From contig NC_043002.1 in NCBI RefSeq assembly GCF_006345805.1, forward strand, positions 6,076,001 to 6,140,000: a DNA stretch of 64,000 nt. Direction: 5' to 3'. This document shows, piece by piece, positions 25,336 through 38,363 of this stretch; within the stretch, counting starts at the first letter, position 1; each line of letters begins with the position of its first letter. The DNA is from Octopus sinensis. Taxonomy: Eukaryota. The translations under genes and the position numbers were made by a program. The notes below the pieces were generated by a model. That model did no database searches and had not been told where the DNA came from. It saw only the letters and a list, made by a program, of their open reading frames with translations.

Positions 25336-26399
25336 TATAAACATAATGAAATACGAATTTAAACATGAAAAATAAAAAATCTAAATTGAAAGAGGCGATT
25401 AAAATTTTTTTCCTAACCTGCAGCCGTTTCAGAAAAGTGGTTGTACGAAGTATTCGAAATCCAGCCCTCCTTCCTCAGGGTTCCTTTCTCGAGGTAAAAT
25501 CCAGCAAAAAGCATTAAGGCACTACATAGTGAGTATTCAGTTGGGGAAAGTTCAGTCTTTGAGTATCGACAAATTTTCAAGAGAATTACCACGTTTAAAT
25601 AAGAAATGAAAGTCATTGAAAGGTTAACTTTAGTTAATCATGCAAATAATAGTCAATGGCAATATTCCACTCTCTACTATAAAAAATAATTTAAGATTAC
25701 ATAAGTGCATAAGCGTTCATTGGATCTAATCATCCATGGAGACTTAACATCCATAATTTTGTCATTTTATCTAAGCAAAAACGAATACAGTTGTGCTCTT
25801 GGAAGCTGTAGGGTTACCCGAGCATAAAAGTTGGGCATTATTTCTAATTCAATGGTACAACTGTGTAACAGTTTGCCTTGACATACACTTGCATTGTGAT
25901 TTCTGCAATGTGGTGCATAAATTGTTAAGTAAATGAGAGGCATCTTTGTCTCCACTGATTCAGTTGCAAAGTGTTGAGTAAAGTTATTTGATTGCAGACC
26001 TCCTTTCATTCTTTTTATTATCACTCGGTCACACATAGTCCCTGATGGTAACATTGATTACAAGGCCTTCCCTGATGAGTGACTGGTTATTCAAAGACAT
26101 TTATAGATTTTAAATACATTCTGTCCAGTTACGTATCAGTATAGTGGTCATTTGCAAACTCCAGAGGTAACACTTTAATTTCTCCTAAGCCCTCACGTCA
26201 CACAGTTGTTAATGTTGATTTCAGTTGGGTCACGCCCTTCCAATTGCTATAGATTCGTAATGCATCTTACGGCTGTGCCTGTCTCATGGATGGTGAGGAA
26301 TCCTACATTGGGAGTGGTAACGAGTAGGGCAGGGTTACGGACTGCTTATTGTGATCATTCGTCTTTTGATTTCCATGTGGCACGATTACAATTTTTTTA

Positions 26400-26542
26400 G
26401 GGTGTGTAAAGAGGGAAATAACCTTCATCTGCAATTTTGATGAAATTCGAAACATAGATATTCCAGTTCATTCAGAATATATAACAGAAAAGTCTAATTC
26501 TTCAATTGAATGTAACCGGGCAACGCCGGGTATCTCTGCTAG
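26400..26542 (+). mobile_element. Helitron-like 3' terminus
   Basis: GC hairpin ccgggcaacgccggg followed by tatctctgCTAG|T. Confidence 0.6.
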
Positions 26543-26836
26543 TATTTTATATTTCTCTCTGAAACGGAAATATAAAATGCATTCTGCCTGTCGTAATACG
26601 CTATACACTACACAAATAAAGTTGGACGAAATAAGGATGGGGGAGCTTTATATAGTAACTTGGTCTGCTAGAAACAGCAACCAAATCTACAAGAAATCAT
26701 ACTCTACTGTCTAAAGAAAAGACTATGGAGAAATGTAAACTTGACTCATTATGTCTGAAACTATACGATTGGATCGTAATGGCAGTTTTACCTTCGTACA
26801 TTTGTATGGCCTTATCGATCCGAGATGATATGGGGC

Positions 26837-26867
<31 letters not shown>

Positions 26868-27176
26868 GAAGAACAACCTCAGCGCAGCAGCAGCAGCTTC
26901 TGCTTGGCATAATCACTTAAGCGATGAAGTTCCAGTTTATCACTGAAAATACATATATCAATAGTAACAGGTTTGTTGAACGTGGCGGCAATCTGACCAT
27001 GAATTGCTTCAATAAATTTCCTGTTTAAATTGCTTTCTGTTGGCCACATGTCCACCAAGTCGTAAAGAATTTTCTCTCTTTGCTTGCTTTCCACTCTCTT
27101 TTCTTTTCATCCTCTTCGTTCCATTCTTTCTAGGTTCCTTCCTCTCTCTCTCTTATATACACAATCTATCTCCATA

Positions 27177-27177
27177 C

Positions 27178-27208
<31 letters not shown>

Positions 27209-27328
27209 CATACATACATACATACATTCATACATACATAAATACATACATACATACATACATACACGCACATGTAAAAGCACAAACGCATGTATGCATG
27301 TATGAATATATGTATATATGTGTGTCTG

Positions 27329-27415
<87 letters not shown>

Positions 27416-27640
27416 AATTATACATGTATATATTTGCATGTATGCATGTATGAATATATATATATAAGTATGTGTGTTTGTATATATATATATGTGTGTG
27501 TGCATGTATGTATAATTATACATGTATATATTTGCGTGTGTATGTGTACGACTCGCACAGTTTGCAAGATTGATTAAATATGTGTGTGAGTTATAGCATA
27601 GACACACACACTCTCACACACACACACACACACACACAAA
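27177..27640. repeat. Compound (TACA)n/(TA)n/(TATG)n/(CA)n microsatellite
   Basis: Direct reading. Confidence 0.95.
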
Positions 27641-28254
27641 CACGTATACTTTTACACGCATGTTTACATAGTCATACACGCATAGTCAAACGCACACACT
27701 GTTGGTCGTACGTGTATACATGCATGTATATGTGTGTGCTTGTGCGTATGTATATGACGATGATGTATATCTGTCTATATCTCTCTATATATTGAAATAT
27801 ATTGATAGGTATACATATATATATATACACACGCACACACAAAACACATATATACACATACAGATATTGTTCAGAAAATATGCATGTGCGCATTTGTATG
27901 ACACAGAGGTAATTACAGACAGCTGTTGTTTATTTGTTTGTCGTCTGCCCCTTCCCGTGCCCCTTTTGCGCAACCCCTTAACCCTCCTTGACAACACAGC
28001 AATAGTTACCTCCTGTCACATTTGCCACCACCCTTCACCACCCGTCTATTCAGCTTCCTCCCAAGGTGTGCCATTCTTTTATTGTTCCATCACCTTTCTC
28101 CACCCTTCAATAAGAAGTTAGTGATCCCCGAACACTATAACGCCTATCATCTCTTTCCCGTTCGTTCAACACACTAAACGCATGTATGCACACTGCAAAG
28201 AAAAACTTCTATATACACTCTTACAAGAAGAAGCAGATAGATGCATACATACGT

Positions 28255-28552
28255 AAACACACACACGCACACACACATACATACATACATACACACATAC
28301 ATACATACATACAAGCATGCATATGTACATACGTACATACATACATACATACATACATACAAACATACATACATACATACATACATGCATACGTACGTAC
28401 ATACATACATACATACATACATACATACATTCATACATACATACATACATACAAGCATGCATATGTACATACATACATACATACATACATACATACATAC
28501 ATACATACATACATACATACATACATACATACATACATACATACATACATAG
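28255..28552 (+). repeat. (TACA)n microsatellite with internal duplication
   Basis: Direct reading; acaagcatgcatatgtacat occurs twice. Confidence 0.95.
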
Positions 28553-28785
28553 AGAATCCAACTTTATACGTTCATTAAACAGACAACTAATTTGATATAC
28601 TTAATAAGATATACACAAACAGGAATTAAGTCACGTGCACAAGGGCCGAAAATTTCGTGCGTTGGCACTTATCAAACGCACGAAACTGTATGGCCTTGAG
28701 TCAATTTGTTACTTCTATTAAATATTTAGAAAAATAGACATGTTCTCATATTTTGAGTTCTATTTTTTTTGTTTGCATCAGCATA

Positions 28786-28995
<210 letters not shown>

Positions 28996-29211
28996 TTACC
29001 TTTTTTCATGATTAAATAAAAAGGCAACAAACGGAAAATATAACATACCTGTTTTCCGGTTGTCTTTTTATTTAATCCTGAATATATTATTTATGTAACG
29101 CACGCACTCATTAATTTTTTACCTACATATACGTACATACATATATACATATATACATACATACATATATATATATAAATATATATGTATATATATATAT
29201 GTATATATATG

Positions 29212-29243
<32 letters not shown>

Positions 29244-29342
29244 TTATATATATATACATATATATATGTCATGGCGTCAGGACGCCATGATAGATCGTTA
29301 GCTCCTACACGCATTTTTTTCTCTCCTTGTTTTTTTTTGTGT

Positions 29343-29381
29343 ATCTTTCTGTCGAAGAGCGTAGGTTCGAAGCGTAAAAGA
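29343..29381 (+). ncRNA. Minimal hammerhead-like motif, non-canonical core (A6U, extra A), degenerate
   Basis: tcttt-CTGTCGA-a-gagc/gtag/gttc-GAAG-cg-TA-aaaga; homolog at 36724-36761. Confidence 0.4.
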
Positions 29382-29600
29382 CTTTTTCTTTTCCTGAGCA
29401 CTATACTAATACATTTGTTTGTTTGTACTCCACCTGCCTTCGTCTTTTGTTTGTTTTCGTAAACTTTCCCTTTATATATATATATATATATATATATTGT
29501 GTGGTGTGTGTGTGGTGTGTGGTGTGTGTGTGTGCATATATATATTGTATATATATATAAATATATATATAAATATATATATATATATAAGTATATATAT

Positions 29601-29638
<38 letters not shown>

Positions 29639-29709
29639 CTATCATATGTAATTTTCTAGATGGTGTAATTTAATTATTCATTTTAAATTGATAAAAGGTG
29701 GTTTTTATC

Positions 29710-29742
<33 letters not shown>

Positions 29743-29743
29743 C

Positions 29744-29778
<35 letters not shown>

Positions 29779-30359
29779 TATGTAGTAACTTTCCCAGGAA
29801 TTCTTGGTATTACTCTACTATTAATTCGCATAAGGTAAGGATTGCATTCTCCAACACTAGAAACCTCCCATAATAACAAGCTGCTAAATAAGGACTCATC
29901 ACCCGGGAGTAGCGACATTGCCCTTACCAATTCCAACCAAACATACAATAATAATAATAATAGAAATAGTATTGATAATAGCAACATTCATAGCAGCGTT
30001 GGCATTAACAATAGTAATATTAATAATAATATTAGTCGGACTATTAACAGTGGTAGTGTTAGTGGTAATAACGACAGCGCATTTATAATAACAATGGTAG
30101 TATTGATGAACCAACCCCAGCATTCCTATAGTCAGGGAAATTACCGACGATAGAACAATAATAGTAATGATAATAATATGAATAGTATTGTGGTTGCAAT
30201 GCTAGCAATAATATTAACACCAATCATAACAATAAAAACTCCGTCTTAGTCTCGGAGGTAAACCCTAACAGATTAAAGTTCTTATCCAGCAATTTCAAAA
30301 TTAGAAATTCATTTACCAGTGCAAAATTTCTTCTCGGTACCGATGTCTTCTTCTACATT

Positions 30360-30674
30360 GTGGCAACTACTTCTAAATTAGCCCACAGGATCTCCAACCA
30401 TTATTCAACTTTCCGAGATAAGAGAAAACAACACAGCACAGGACTAAGTAAAATAGTTTGGCGTCTTAAGGACAGTAATACAACTTTCAAGCTGGAATGG
30501 TCCATATTGTCTGTATCCTTTCCGTTTGATAAAGGCAGAAAATTTTTTGGCGTCTGTAATTCCGAACTTTTCCATAGTTTGTTCGCCAAAGTCCCTTTAA
30601 TAAATACAATGGTCGAGAAATCCTATAGATGCATGCACTGGCAAAAACACACCTTTCACTCATATGAATACTGA
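30360..30674 (+). pseudogene. GIY-YIG endonuclease C-terminal remnant of a PLE
   Basis: Motifs R...H..TF, ST.LSK.VW.LK, W.I, C..E, IN...E....C.H. Confidence 0.8.
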
Positions 30675-31235
30675 TTAATATAGATAACCACCTTGAATTT
30701 TAATAATATAGTCCCATTTATATATCACCCCCATAGTCAATTTTTATGCTTTTAAAGAACTACTACCCAACCCATTGAGGTGTGTTTTACCTTTGTCTCT
30801 CTAACTCGCCCTCCTCTCTCTCTCTTTCCCTCTCTCTATCGTAAGCACTATCAAACACACAGACACAAACCTGTCACTTCACCACTGTCTGGTTTTGGCA
30901 TCTACCCAGCCACACACACAATCACGCACACACATACACACACATAGCCATTAATGCAGTTATATACATACACACACATAGGCACTCATTCACAAAAGAA
31001 AACAACAAAATCACCATTCATTTGACCTGCACCTTTTTACCTTCCTATTCTTAGGCCTCTCTCCTCCAACCTTGTTTGAACCCTTGAACCTTCTAGAATC
31101 TTCTACATTCAACCATTTCTGACGTCACTGCTTATAACGGAATATTTTAAAGAAACGTTCATTATCGCTATGGGCTCTGTGTGGGCAGTCATCTAAAAGT
31201 ATTTGTGCATCTTGATGCTGACATAAGTTCCTTAC

Positions 31236-31318
31236 TTTTCCTGATGAGAAGGTGGCATAATGCACCCCTTATTCCTTCGAAATTAGGAATATGCAGCCTT
31301 CGAAACATATGTCGAAAA
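31236..31318 (+). ncRNA. Type I hammerhead ribozyme motif, canonical core
   Basis: ttttc-CTGATGA(31241-47)-gaagg...ccttc-GAAA(31302-05)-catatg-TC-gaaaa; palindromic ACATATGT; GUC triplet. Confidence 0.88.
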
Positions 31319-31373
31319 TAAAATAAAGGAATTTTGTTAATTCGTCGTTCAACTTCATTCTTTCATTTATTTG

Positions 31374-31404
<31 letters not shown>

Positions 31405-31704
31405 CGAACACATACACACACAAACACGCATACATTGGGTTGTTAGTTAAATTTCCACGTTTCTCTTAAATGTTTAATTAATATGAAAAATATGTTCACC
31501 GCAATCTTTCATGGTACTTTTAGCTCCATTCGTTCTCTACAACTTTTGTTTATAGTTTTCGAAATTTTATCTTTTTTCAGGAATATGACAATGGAATGCC
31601 AAATAGAAAAAGAGGATAATTCTCTACACCTGCTTCCTTTCGCTTTCAGTCAAGATTCTAAGGCTGCCAAAACCGTTTGAGACATTTGTATTGTGTACGG
31701 AGAA

Positions 31705-31940
31705 GGCGCTCGGCGAGCTGGCAGAATCGTTAGCACGCCGGGCGAAATGCTTCGCGGTATTTCGTCTGTCGTTACGTTCTGAGTTCAAATTCCGCCGAGG
31801 TCGACTTTGCCTTTCATCCTTTTGGGATCGATAAATAAAGTACCAGTTTCGCAATGGGGTCGATGTAATCGACTTAATCCGTTTGTCTTCCCTTTTTTAT
31901 TCCCTCTATGTTTAGCCCCTTATGGGCAATAAATAAATAT
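31705..31940 (+). mobile_element. SINE family A, near full length
   Basis: ggcgagctggcagaatcgttagcacgccgggcgaaatgcttcgcggtatttcgtctg...gagttcaaattccgccgaggtcgac...ttagccccttatgggcaataaa. Confidence 0.9.
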
Positions 31941-31959
31941 ATTACCGAAAGACCTGTGT

Positions 31960-32710
31960 AAATATAATTTTTATCCTTCAAAGAGCGAAAGTTCAACTTC
32001 ACAGAATCTCAGCGTCCATCTCAGTAGTTCAAAGAATGAATTCATCGATGAAGATCTGTACCAACTACTAGAGAATTATCCCAGCAGACGGATGCCCTTA
32101 TGATACTGTCACTGACTAAACTGCAAAATCTTGGTGCGTGGTTGCTACGTGCCCCTCTATTACCATGAGTTTACTCGCTCGACACAGGCTACTCGTGGAC
32201 ACAAACAGAGATTTCTTTACCGTATCGCCACCGGCGATCAAAAACGCTATCTTTACGTGGAAACGAAGCAGAGGAAAGAAAGGCTGAATGTTGACAAACA
32301 AGTCATACTTCTTGCTAAGCCAGGACAATTATCAGCATGTGGTGGGATTAGGAAGAGCTAATCGATTCTGTCAACGCAGAGTTTTGCCTCCTGCAAATGT
32401 ACCGGCTCAAAGAGGCCCTTCAGCTTAACACGGCATACTTCTTCAACATGACAACATTCACCTCCATTTGACCATTCGCTAATTTGAGCAAAAGTTTGAT
32501 CAGGAAGTGCTACTGCACCCAAGTATTCTCTTGAAATAGCGCCTTCAGATCATCATTTTGTTTTGGATCCCTCTGCAAACAATCTGTGAGGCATTTCATT
32601 TAACAACGAAGTGGAACTGAAACGTGGATCACTGAATTATTTTTGGCAAGTGTTGGTGCTTCCTACGGTCAAGACATTGAGTGGCTGGTGGAACACCGGC
32701 AATAAATCGC
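31960..32710 (+). mobile_element. Heavily decayed mariner transposase fragment
   Basis: RFLYRIATGDQKRYLYV (cf. RIVTGDEKW), LQHDN, LLHP.YS.EIAPSDHH. Confidence 0.8.
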
Positions 32711-32728
32711 AAACAATAAAGTAAATAT

Positions 32729-32956
32729 ATATTTCTTTATTGCCCACAGGGGGATAAACACAGAGGGGACAAACACGGACGAAGGGCTTAAGTCGGTTAC
32801 ATCGACACCAGTGCGTAACTGGTACTTAATTTATCGACCCCGAAAGGATGAAAGGCAAAGTCGACCTCGGCGGAATTTGAACTCAGAACGTAACGGCAGC
32901 CAAAATACCACTAAGCATTTTGCTCGACGTGCTAACGATTCTGCCAGCTCGCCGCC
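32729..32956 (-). mobile_element. SINE family A, near full length
   Basis: Reverse complement of the 31705 and 45487 copies. Confidence 0.9.
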
Positions 32957-33120
32957 CTCAATGAAGTAAATATAATCACACAAATTCACTACATTTTGAT
33001 AAAGATACTGAAAATGATCGCTTTGTCCAGGAATGTTGATTCACATGCAGTTGCTATATCTAAACCATTCATGAGTTGGTGCAAGCTTCATAAAAATTAG
33101 AAAACACTGTAAATTTAGTT

Positions 33121-33520
33121 GGAGTGGCTGTGTGGTAAGTAGCTTGCTTACTAACCACATGGTTCCGCGTTCAGTCCCACTGCGTGGCACCTTGGGCAAG
33201 TGTCTTCTACTATAACCTCGGGCCAATTAAAGCCTTGTGAGTGGATTTGGTAGACGGAAACTGAAAGAAGCTCGTCGTATATATGTATATATATGTGTAT
33301 GTGTGTATATGTTTGTGTGTCGGTGTTTGTTACCCCAACATCGCTTGACAACCGATGGTGGTGTGTTTACGTACCCGTAACTTAGTGGTTCGGCAATTGA
33401 GACCGATAGAATAAGTACTAGGCTTACAAAGAATAAGTCCCGGGGTCGATTTGTTCGACTAAAAGCGGTGCTCCAGCATGGCCGCAGTCAAATGACTGAA
33501 ACAATTAAAGGAGTAAAAGA
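33121..33520 (+). mobile_element. SINE family B, full length
   Basis: ggagtggctgtgtggtaagtagcttgcttactaaccacatggttccgcgttcagtccc...gactgaaacaattaaaggagtaaaaga. Confidence 0.9.
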
Positions 33521-33789
33521 ATAGTAGGACATTTCTCTTGCATTTAATATATATTTTCTCGCTAAACATGCTTTCTTTACTCATAATATTCTTATCATTT
33601 CCATAATTACTCTAAATCAATTAGTGTAATCAGTGCATTTCATCTAAACTCTAGCCCATTGCTTGGGTATATGCGTTATTATTTGGTCTTCTGTTTGAAG
33701 CTAAAAGCACAAATTTTATAAAGAGAGCAATTTCTTATAACCAAGTGAAAAAATTGCCAATAATCAAAAAGTAAAACTGTTATTCTTTT

Positions 33790-34023
33790 CTTTATTCTTT
33801 TACTTGTTTCAGTCAATTGAATGCGACCATGCTGGAACACGGCCTTAAAGGGTTTTTTAGTCGAAGAAATCGACCCCAGAATTTCTTCTTTGTAAGGCTA
33901 GTACTTATTCTACCGGCCTGTTTTGCGAAACCGCTAGGTTAAAGGGACGTAAATTCACTGACATCGGTTGATAAGCGATGGTGAGGGGACAAGCATAGAC
34001 ACAAAGACACACACACACACACA

Positions 34024-34065
<42 letters not shown>

Positions 34066-34237
34066 ACGCATACAACCACGCACACATAATGGACTTTTTT
34101 CAGTTTTCGTCCACCATATCCACTCGCAAGACTTTGGTCGACTCGAGGCTATAGTAGAAGACACTTGCCCAAGGTACCACGCAGTGGGACTGAACCCGGA
34201 ACCATGTGGTTGGAAAGCAAGCGTCTTACCACGCAGC
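33790..34237 (-). mobile_element. SINE family B, full length
   Basis: Inverted relative to the 33121 copy, about 270 bp away. Confidence 0.85.
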
Positions 34238-34738
34238 TCAGCCATGATGGGTATCAGAAAGTCCAACAAGCGAACGGCCATCACACTAGCCACTAAAGAA
34301 GCAGATGTTGCTGCGAAAAAGATGTAAAACTGGTGCGAAGCAGTGATTTCTAGGCAGAAGCCGGAGACACTTACTCAAACTATTGCACTACAGGATCGAA
34401 ACTGAAACTATGCCGTTATTTAGCGAACATTGTGACCACATACACATGAGCACAATGATATATGTTGGGGAAGAAAGATATATCGATTTTATTATCCCTT
34501 GTATGTGCCACTTTTTTACCACATTAAACTCAGATGAAATCTAATTCGAGCGTAAATGAATGTACCACGCATGTAATGAGGTATTCAATCTTGGACTATC
34601 TTCTCTTCGCTCTATTTACATACATATGTACATAATACATACATGCACGCGTGTGTGTTTGCGTGTGTATATGTATATATATATATATGTATGTATTATA
34701 TGTATGTATGTATATATATGTATATATGTATATATATG

Positions 34739-34779
<41 letters not shown>

Positions 34780-34936
34780 TATAATATATATATATATATA
34801 ATATATATATATATATTATAATATATATTATATATATATAATATTAGGGAATATAACTCCAAACTTGTAGAAAAAAATTCAAATTAGTATAATTTCTATT
34901 AATTTAGTATTAATTTCTCTGATTTATATTTATATA

Positions 34937-35009
<73 letters not shown>

Positions 35010-35735
35010 GTGTGTGCGTGTGTGTGTGTGTAAGAGAAAAGGTAATTTCTAATAGGGATTCATCATATTCATGCAAATCAGCCAAAACAGGTAATAAGAA
35101 TATGAAAATAATATTTGAGGAGACTCGTTACAGGTATAAGAATAGGCCATAAACAAGAATAAAAAATGGAGAGATGATGAAACAGAAACAGATTTATTAT
35201 AAGAGGATAATCAGATATGATATTTTAATAATTCAAAGTAAATAACTCTGCAAAGGGCTTTTGTGCGTTCCCAGAGAATATAACCCTCAGCGGTGCTAGT
35301 GTTGGTATATTCGTGAATCAGTCACTAACCGAAATAAGTGGATCTATTGTTTAGGAAAATACTATTTACTTGTTTGGTTCTACTGAATAAATTGCGAAAG
35401 TAACTCTTACAGTTCAAATACTAAGACATAAGAATGCTCAATTTCATTTATACCAAATGATTTAGGAAAATGAATGGGTTATTTCCCCTGCCTGTTAAAA
35501 TCTGGGCGAACGGGTTATATCCCTTGGCTGTTAAAACGAAATATATTAGATATATATAAGGATCCATTCCAGGGACCCTATTATCGATTTTTCAACAATC
35601 TGAGTATGCCATTAGGTTTTCAGACGTCAGTTCTACTCCCGTGTCAAGTTTCAAAATCGATAAAATGAAGTAGGAGTTAGCTAACAACTCCACAAACACA
35701 TCCACAGACAGAATTTCCCACATATGTAGTAGATA

Positions 35736-35826
<91 letters not shown>

Positions 35827-35843
35827 GTATGTATGTATGTATG

Positions 35844-36165
35844 TGTGGAGGCACATGGCCTAATGGAGGCACATGACCTAGTGGTTAGAGCAGCGGGCTC
35901 GCGGTCGAGAGATTGTGGGTTCGAATTTCAGACCTGGCGATGTGTATCTTTATGCGCGAAACACCAAAGCTCCACGCGGCTCCGACAGAAGGTAATGGCG
36001 AACTGCTACTGACTCTTTCGCCACAACTTTCTCTCACTCTTTCCTCCTGCATCTTGCAGCTCACCTGCAACAGACCGGCGTCCCGTCCAGGTGGGGGATC
36101 CTATACGCCAAGGAAACCGGGAAACCGGCCCTTATGAGCCAGGCATGGCTCGAGAAGGAACAAAC
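35844..36165 (+). mobile_element. SINE family C with duplicated 5' end
   Basis: tggaggcacatggcctaa-tggaggcacatgacctagtggttagagcagcgg; B box ggttcgaattt; tail acctgcaacagaccggcgtcccgtccagg...gaaaccggg...gagaaggaacaaac. Confidence 0.85.
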
Positions 36166-36723
36166 TCATGTATGTATGTATGTATGTATGTATGTATGTA
36201 TGTATGTATGTATGTATGTATGTATGTATGTATGTATATGTACGTATGTGTGCATTTATGTATGGGCCACCCATTCTGCCAGTGAGGTAAGCTGCATTAC
36301 TAAGAAGCACTGAAATAAGAAACCAAAACAGGCAGTTTCAAAACATGCTAAACATTATTGCAAGGAAATAGATACACTGTAAACAGGGTACTCACTACGT
36401 ATGTCATCAATGTTGATATGCATTAAGTTGACCTCCAGCGCCGGACCTACGTCAATAGATATTTACTGTTTCCGTCTATATTACGTATTTTATTTAAATT
36501 GAAATTTAGCGGTCCTTCAGTTGAACAGAATAGAATTCCGTAGGATTATTTAAATTATGTATGTATGCATGTATGTATTATATATATATATATTATATAT
36601 ATATATATATATTATATATATATATAACGGGAAGCTTTATGAAAGTAACAAAAGACGAAGGCAGGTGGAAAACAAACGAACAATTGTATTAGTATGGCGC
36701 TCAGGAAATATAAATAAAACAAG

Positions 36724-36761
36724 TCTTTACGTTTCGAGCCTACGCTCTTCAACAGAAAGAT
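36724..36761 (-). ncRNA. Minimal hammerhead-like motif, non-canonical core (A6U, extra A)
   Basis: Reverse complement atcttt-CTGTTGA-a-gagc/gtag/gctc-GAAA-cg-TA-aaga; helix III reduced to palindromic ACGT. Confidence 0.45.
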
Positions 36762-36830
36762 ACACAGAGAGAGAAAAACACAGAAAGAAGGAGAGAAAAA
36801 AATGCGTGCAGTAGCTAACGAATCAACATA

Positions 36831-36868
<38 letters not shown>

Positions 36869-36939
36869 TATATATATATGTGTGTGTGTATATATATAGA
36901 TATATACATACACACATAGATACATACACACACAGATAC

Positions 36940-37096
36940 ATACATACATACATATATACATACATGCATACATACATGCAACATATATGTGTGTGTGTTT
37001 GCATGTGTGTATGTATGTATATATATATGTATATATGCATGTGTGTATGCATGTATGTATTATGCATGTATGTATGTATGCATGTATGTATGTATG

Positions 37097-37130
<34 letters not shown>

Positions 37131-37190
37131 TGTATGTATGTATGTATGTATGTATGTATGTATGTATGTGTGTGTGTGTGTATGTATCTA
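36940..37190. repeat. (TACA)n/(TATG)n/(TG)n compound microsatellite
   Basis: Direct reading. Confidence 0.95.
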
Positions 37191-37826
37191 TGTATCGGTC
37201 TATGGTATTCTATTCAGTTCAATTGAATGAGCACCAGATTTCAATTAAAACAAAATACACAAAATAGACAGAAACGCTAAATATATATCGACGTAGGTCT
37301 AATTTGATGCCCAGCAATATCGAGAAACCCTGTTCACAGTGTATTCGTTTTCCTGCAATATGTTTAGCATGTTTTTAAACAGCCAGTTTTGGTTTCCTAT
37401 TTCCGTGCTTCCTCGTCAATGTCATGGAGCTTAACTGACTGATTGACACTGTGAGACTAGAGCTATGCATTTATTTGTGCATGGGAGGTTGTAAGTGCGT
37501 ACATGTGCGTGTGTGGGCATTGTTACCCAGCGCAGTGTGAATATAAAATGCGAAACTGTATACAAGTTCAAATTGTTGAAGTGTCTCATTTCGCAAGTTT
37601 CATGTTACATTGGTTTTCTTTTCTACCTCTCTCTCTCTCTCTCTTTCAGTTTCTTATCGTTGTTCACCTTAAAATGCACTTATTAATGATAACTGAAAAG
37701 TTACAGACGAAATGATATCACCACCTGAATGATTACGTGTGTGTTATCAGTTACCGACAGATACATCAGCACATTTAGGAATGCGTGACATTTCAGTACG
37801 TCCCGGGAGCAATCCTGGTGCCACCT

Positions 37827-38363
37827 AAATCTTTATTTAATAGCCTAATCAAAAGAATTGCTCGGTGCAAGGCATAAAACGTCATCGGATGGAGAAGCTC
37901 TTGTTCGGGAGTTAAGAAGTTTTAGGGAGCTAGAATCTAGCCCTTCGTCACCACTACTTCCATATTTGCTCTGTACGTGGGTGGTAATACCTGTCAAGTA
38001 TAAAATAGTAGAAAATGGTCATGTGTTTAAGGCATACAAGACTTGTAAGAGGGCCGGCCTCTGGACATGTGCCTCATGTCCAGAGCGTAATTGTTGTCTC
38101 GACGGCAATCTCGGGAGAGAAGAAGACTCAGAATAAATTCTAAATAAACAATCAAAAATCAACGGAAAACTACTATTTTATAGCTATAGCCCTTGACAGG
38201 TATTACCATCCACGTACAGAGCAAATATGGAAGTAGTGGTGACGAAGGGCTAGCTCCTCGCTCCCTAAAACTTCTTAACTCCCGAACAAGAGCTTCTCCA
38301 TCCGTTGACGTTTTATACAGTGCACCGAGCAATTCTTTTGATTAGGCTATTAAATAAAGATTT
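37827..38363. repeat. Foldback: ~172-bp inverted arms around a ~190-bp spacer
   Basis: 37827-37998 vs 38192-38363 reverse-complementary; extra IR tataaaatagtag (37999-38011) and ctactattttata (38170-38182). Confidence 0.9.

Larger units (their letters stand above)
29781..31374 (+). mobile_element. 5'-truncated Penelope-like retroelement (RT-EN linker, GIY-YIG remnant, 3' pLTR with HHR)
   Basis: Linker NFPRNSWYYSTINSHKVRIAFSNTRNL / SHNNKLLN; ORF 30360-30674 HRISNHYSTFR...STGLSKIVWRLK...LEWSIL...PF...VCNSE..H.L...IN...E...CMH matches the PLE GIY-YIG C-terminal pattern; bounded by (TA)n. Confidence 0.85.

Noticed and set aside
25767-26054. Possible decayed hAT transposase (LYSTLCN...HLL...SRQTVTQLY)
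   Set aside because: Similarity too weak, with stops and no TIRs found.
26072-26140. CTGATGA plus 8-bp helix II (gtgactgg/ccagttac)
   Set aside because: GAAA and helix III are absent; at most a dead HHR relic.
26838-26900. PolyQ/polyN-like frame and ORF 26879..27094
   Set aside because: Explained by (AAC)n/(GCA)n repeats; no homology recognised.
35844-35940. tRNA-like sequences at SINE heads (also 39620, 45487, 63153)
   Set aside because: A/B boxes run into SINE bodies and lack complete cloverleaf and acceptor stems; not tRNA genes.
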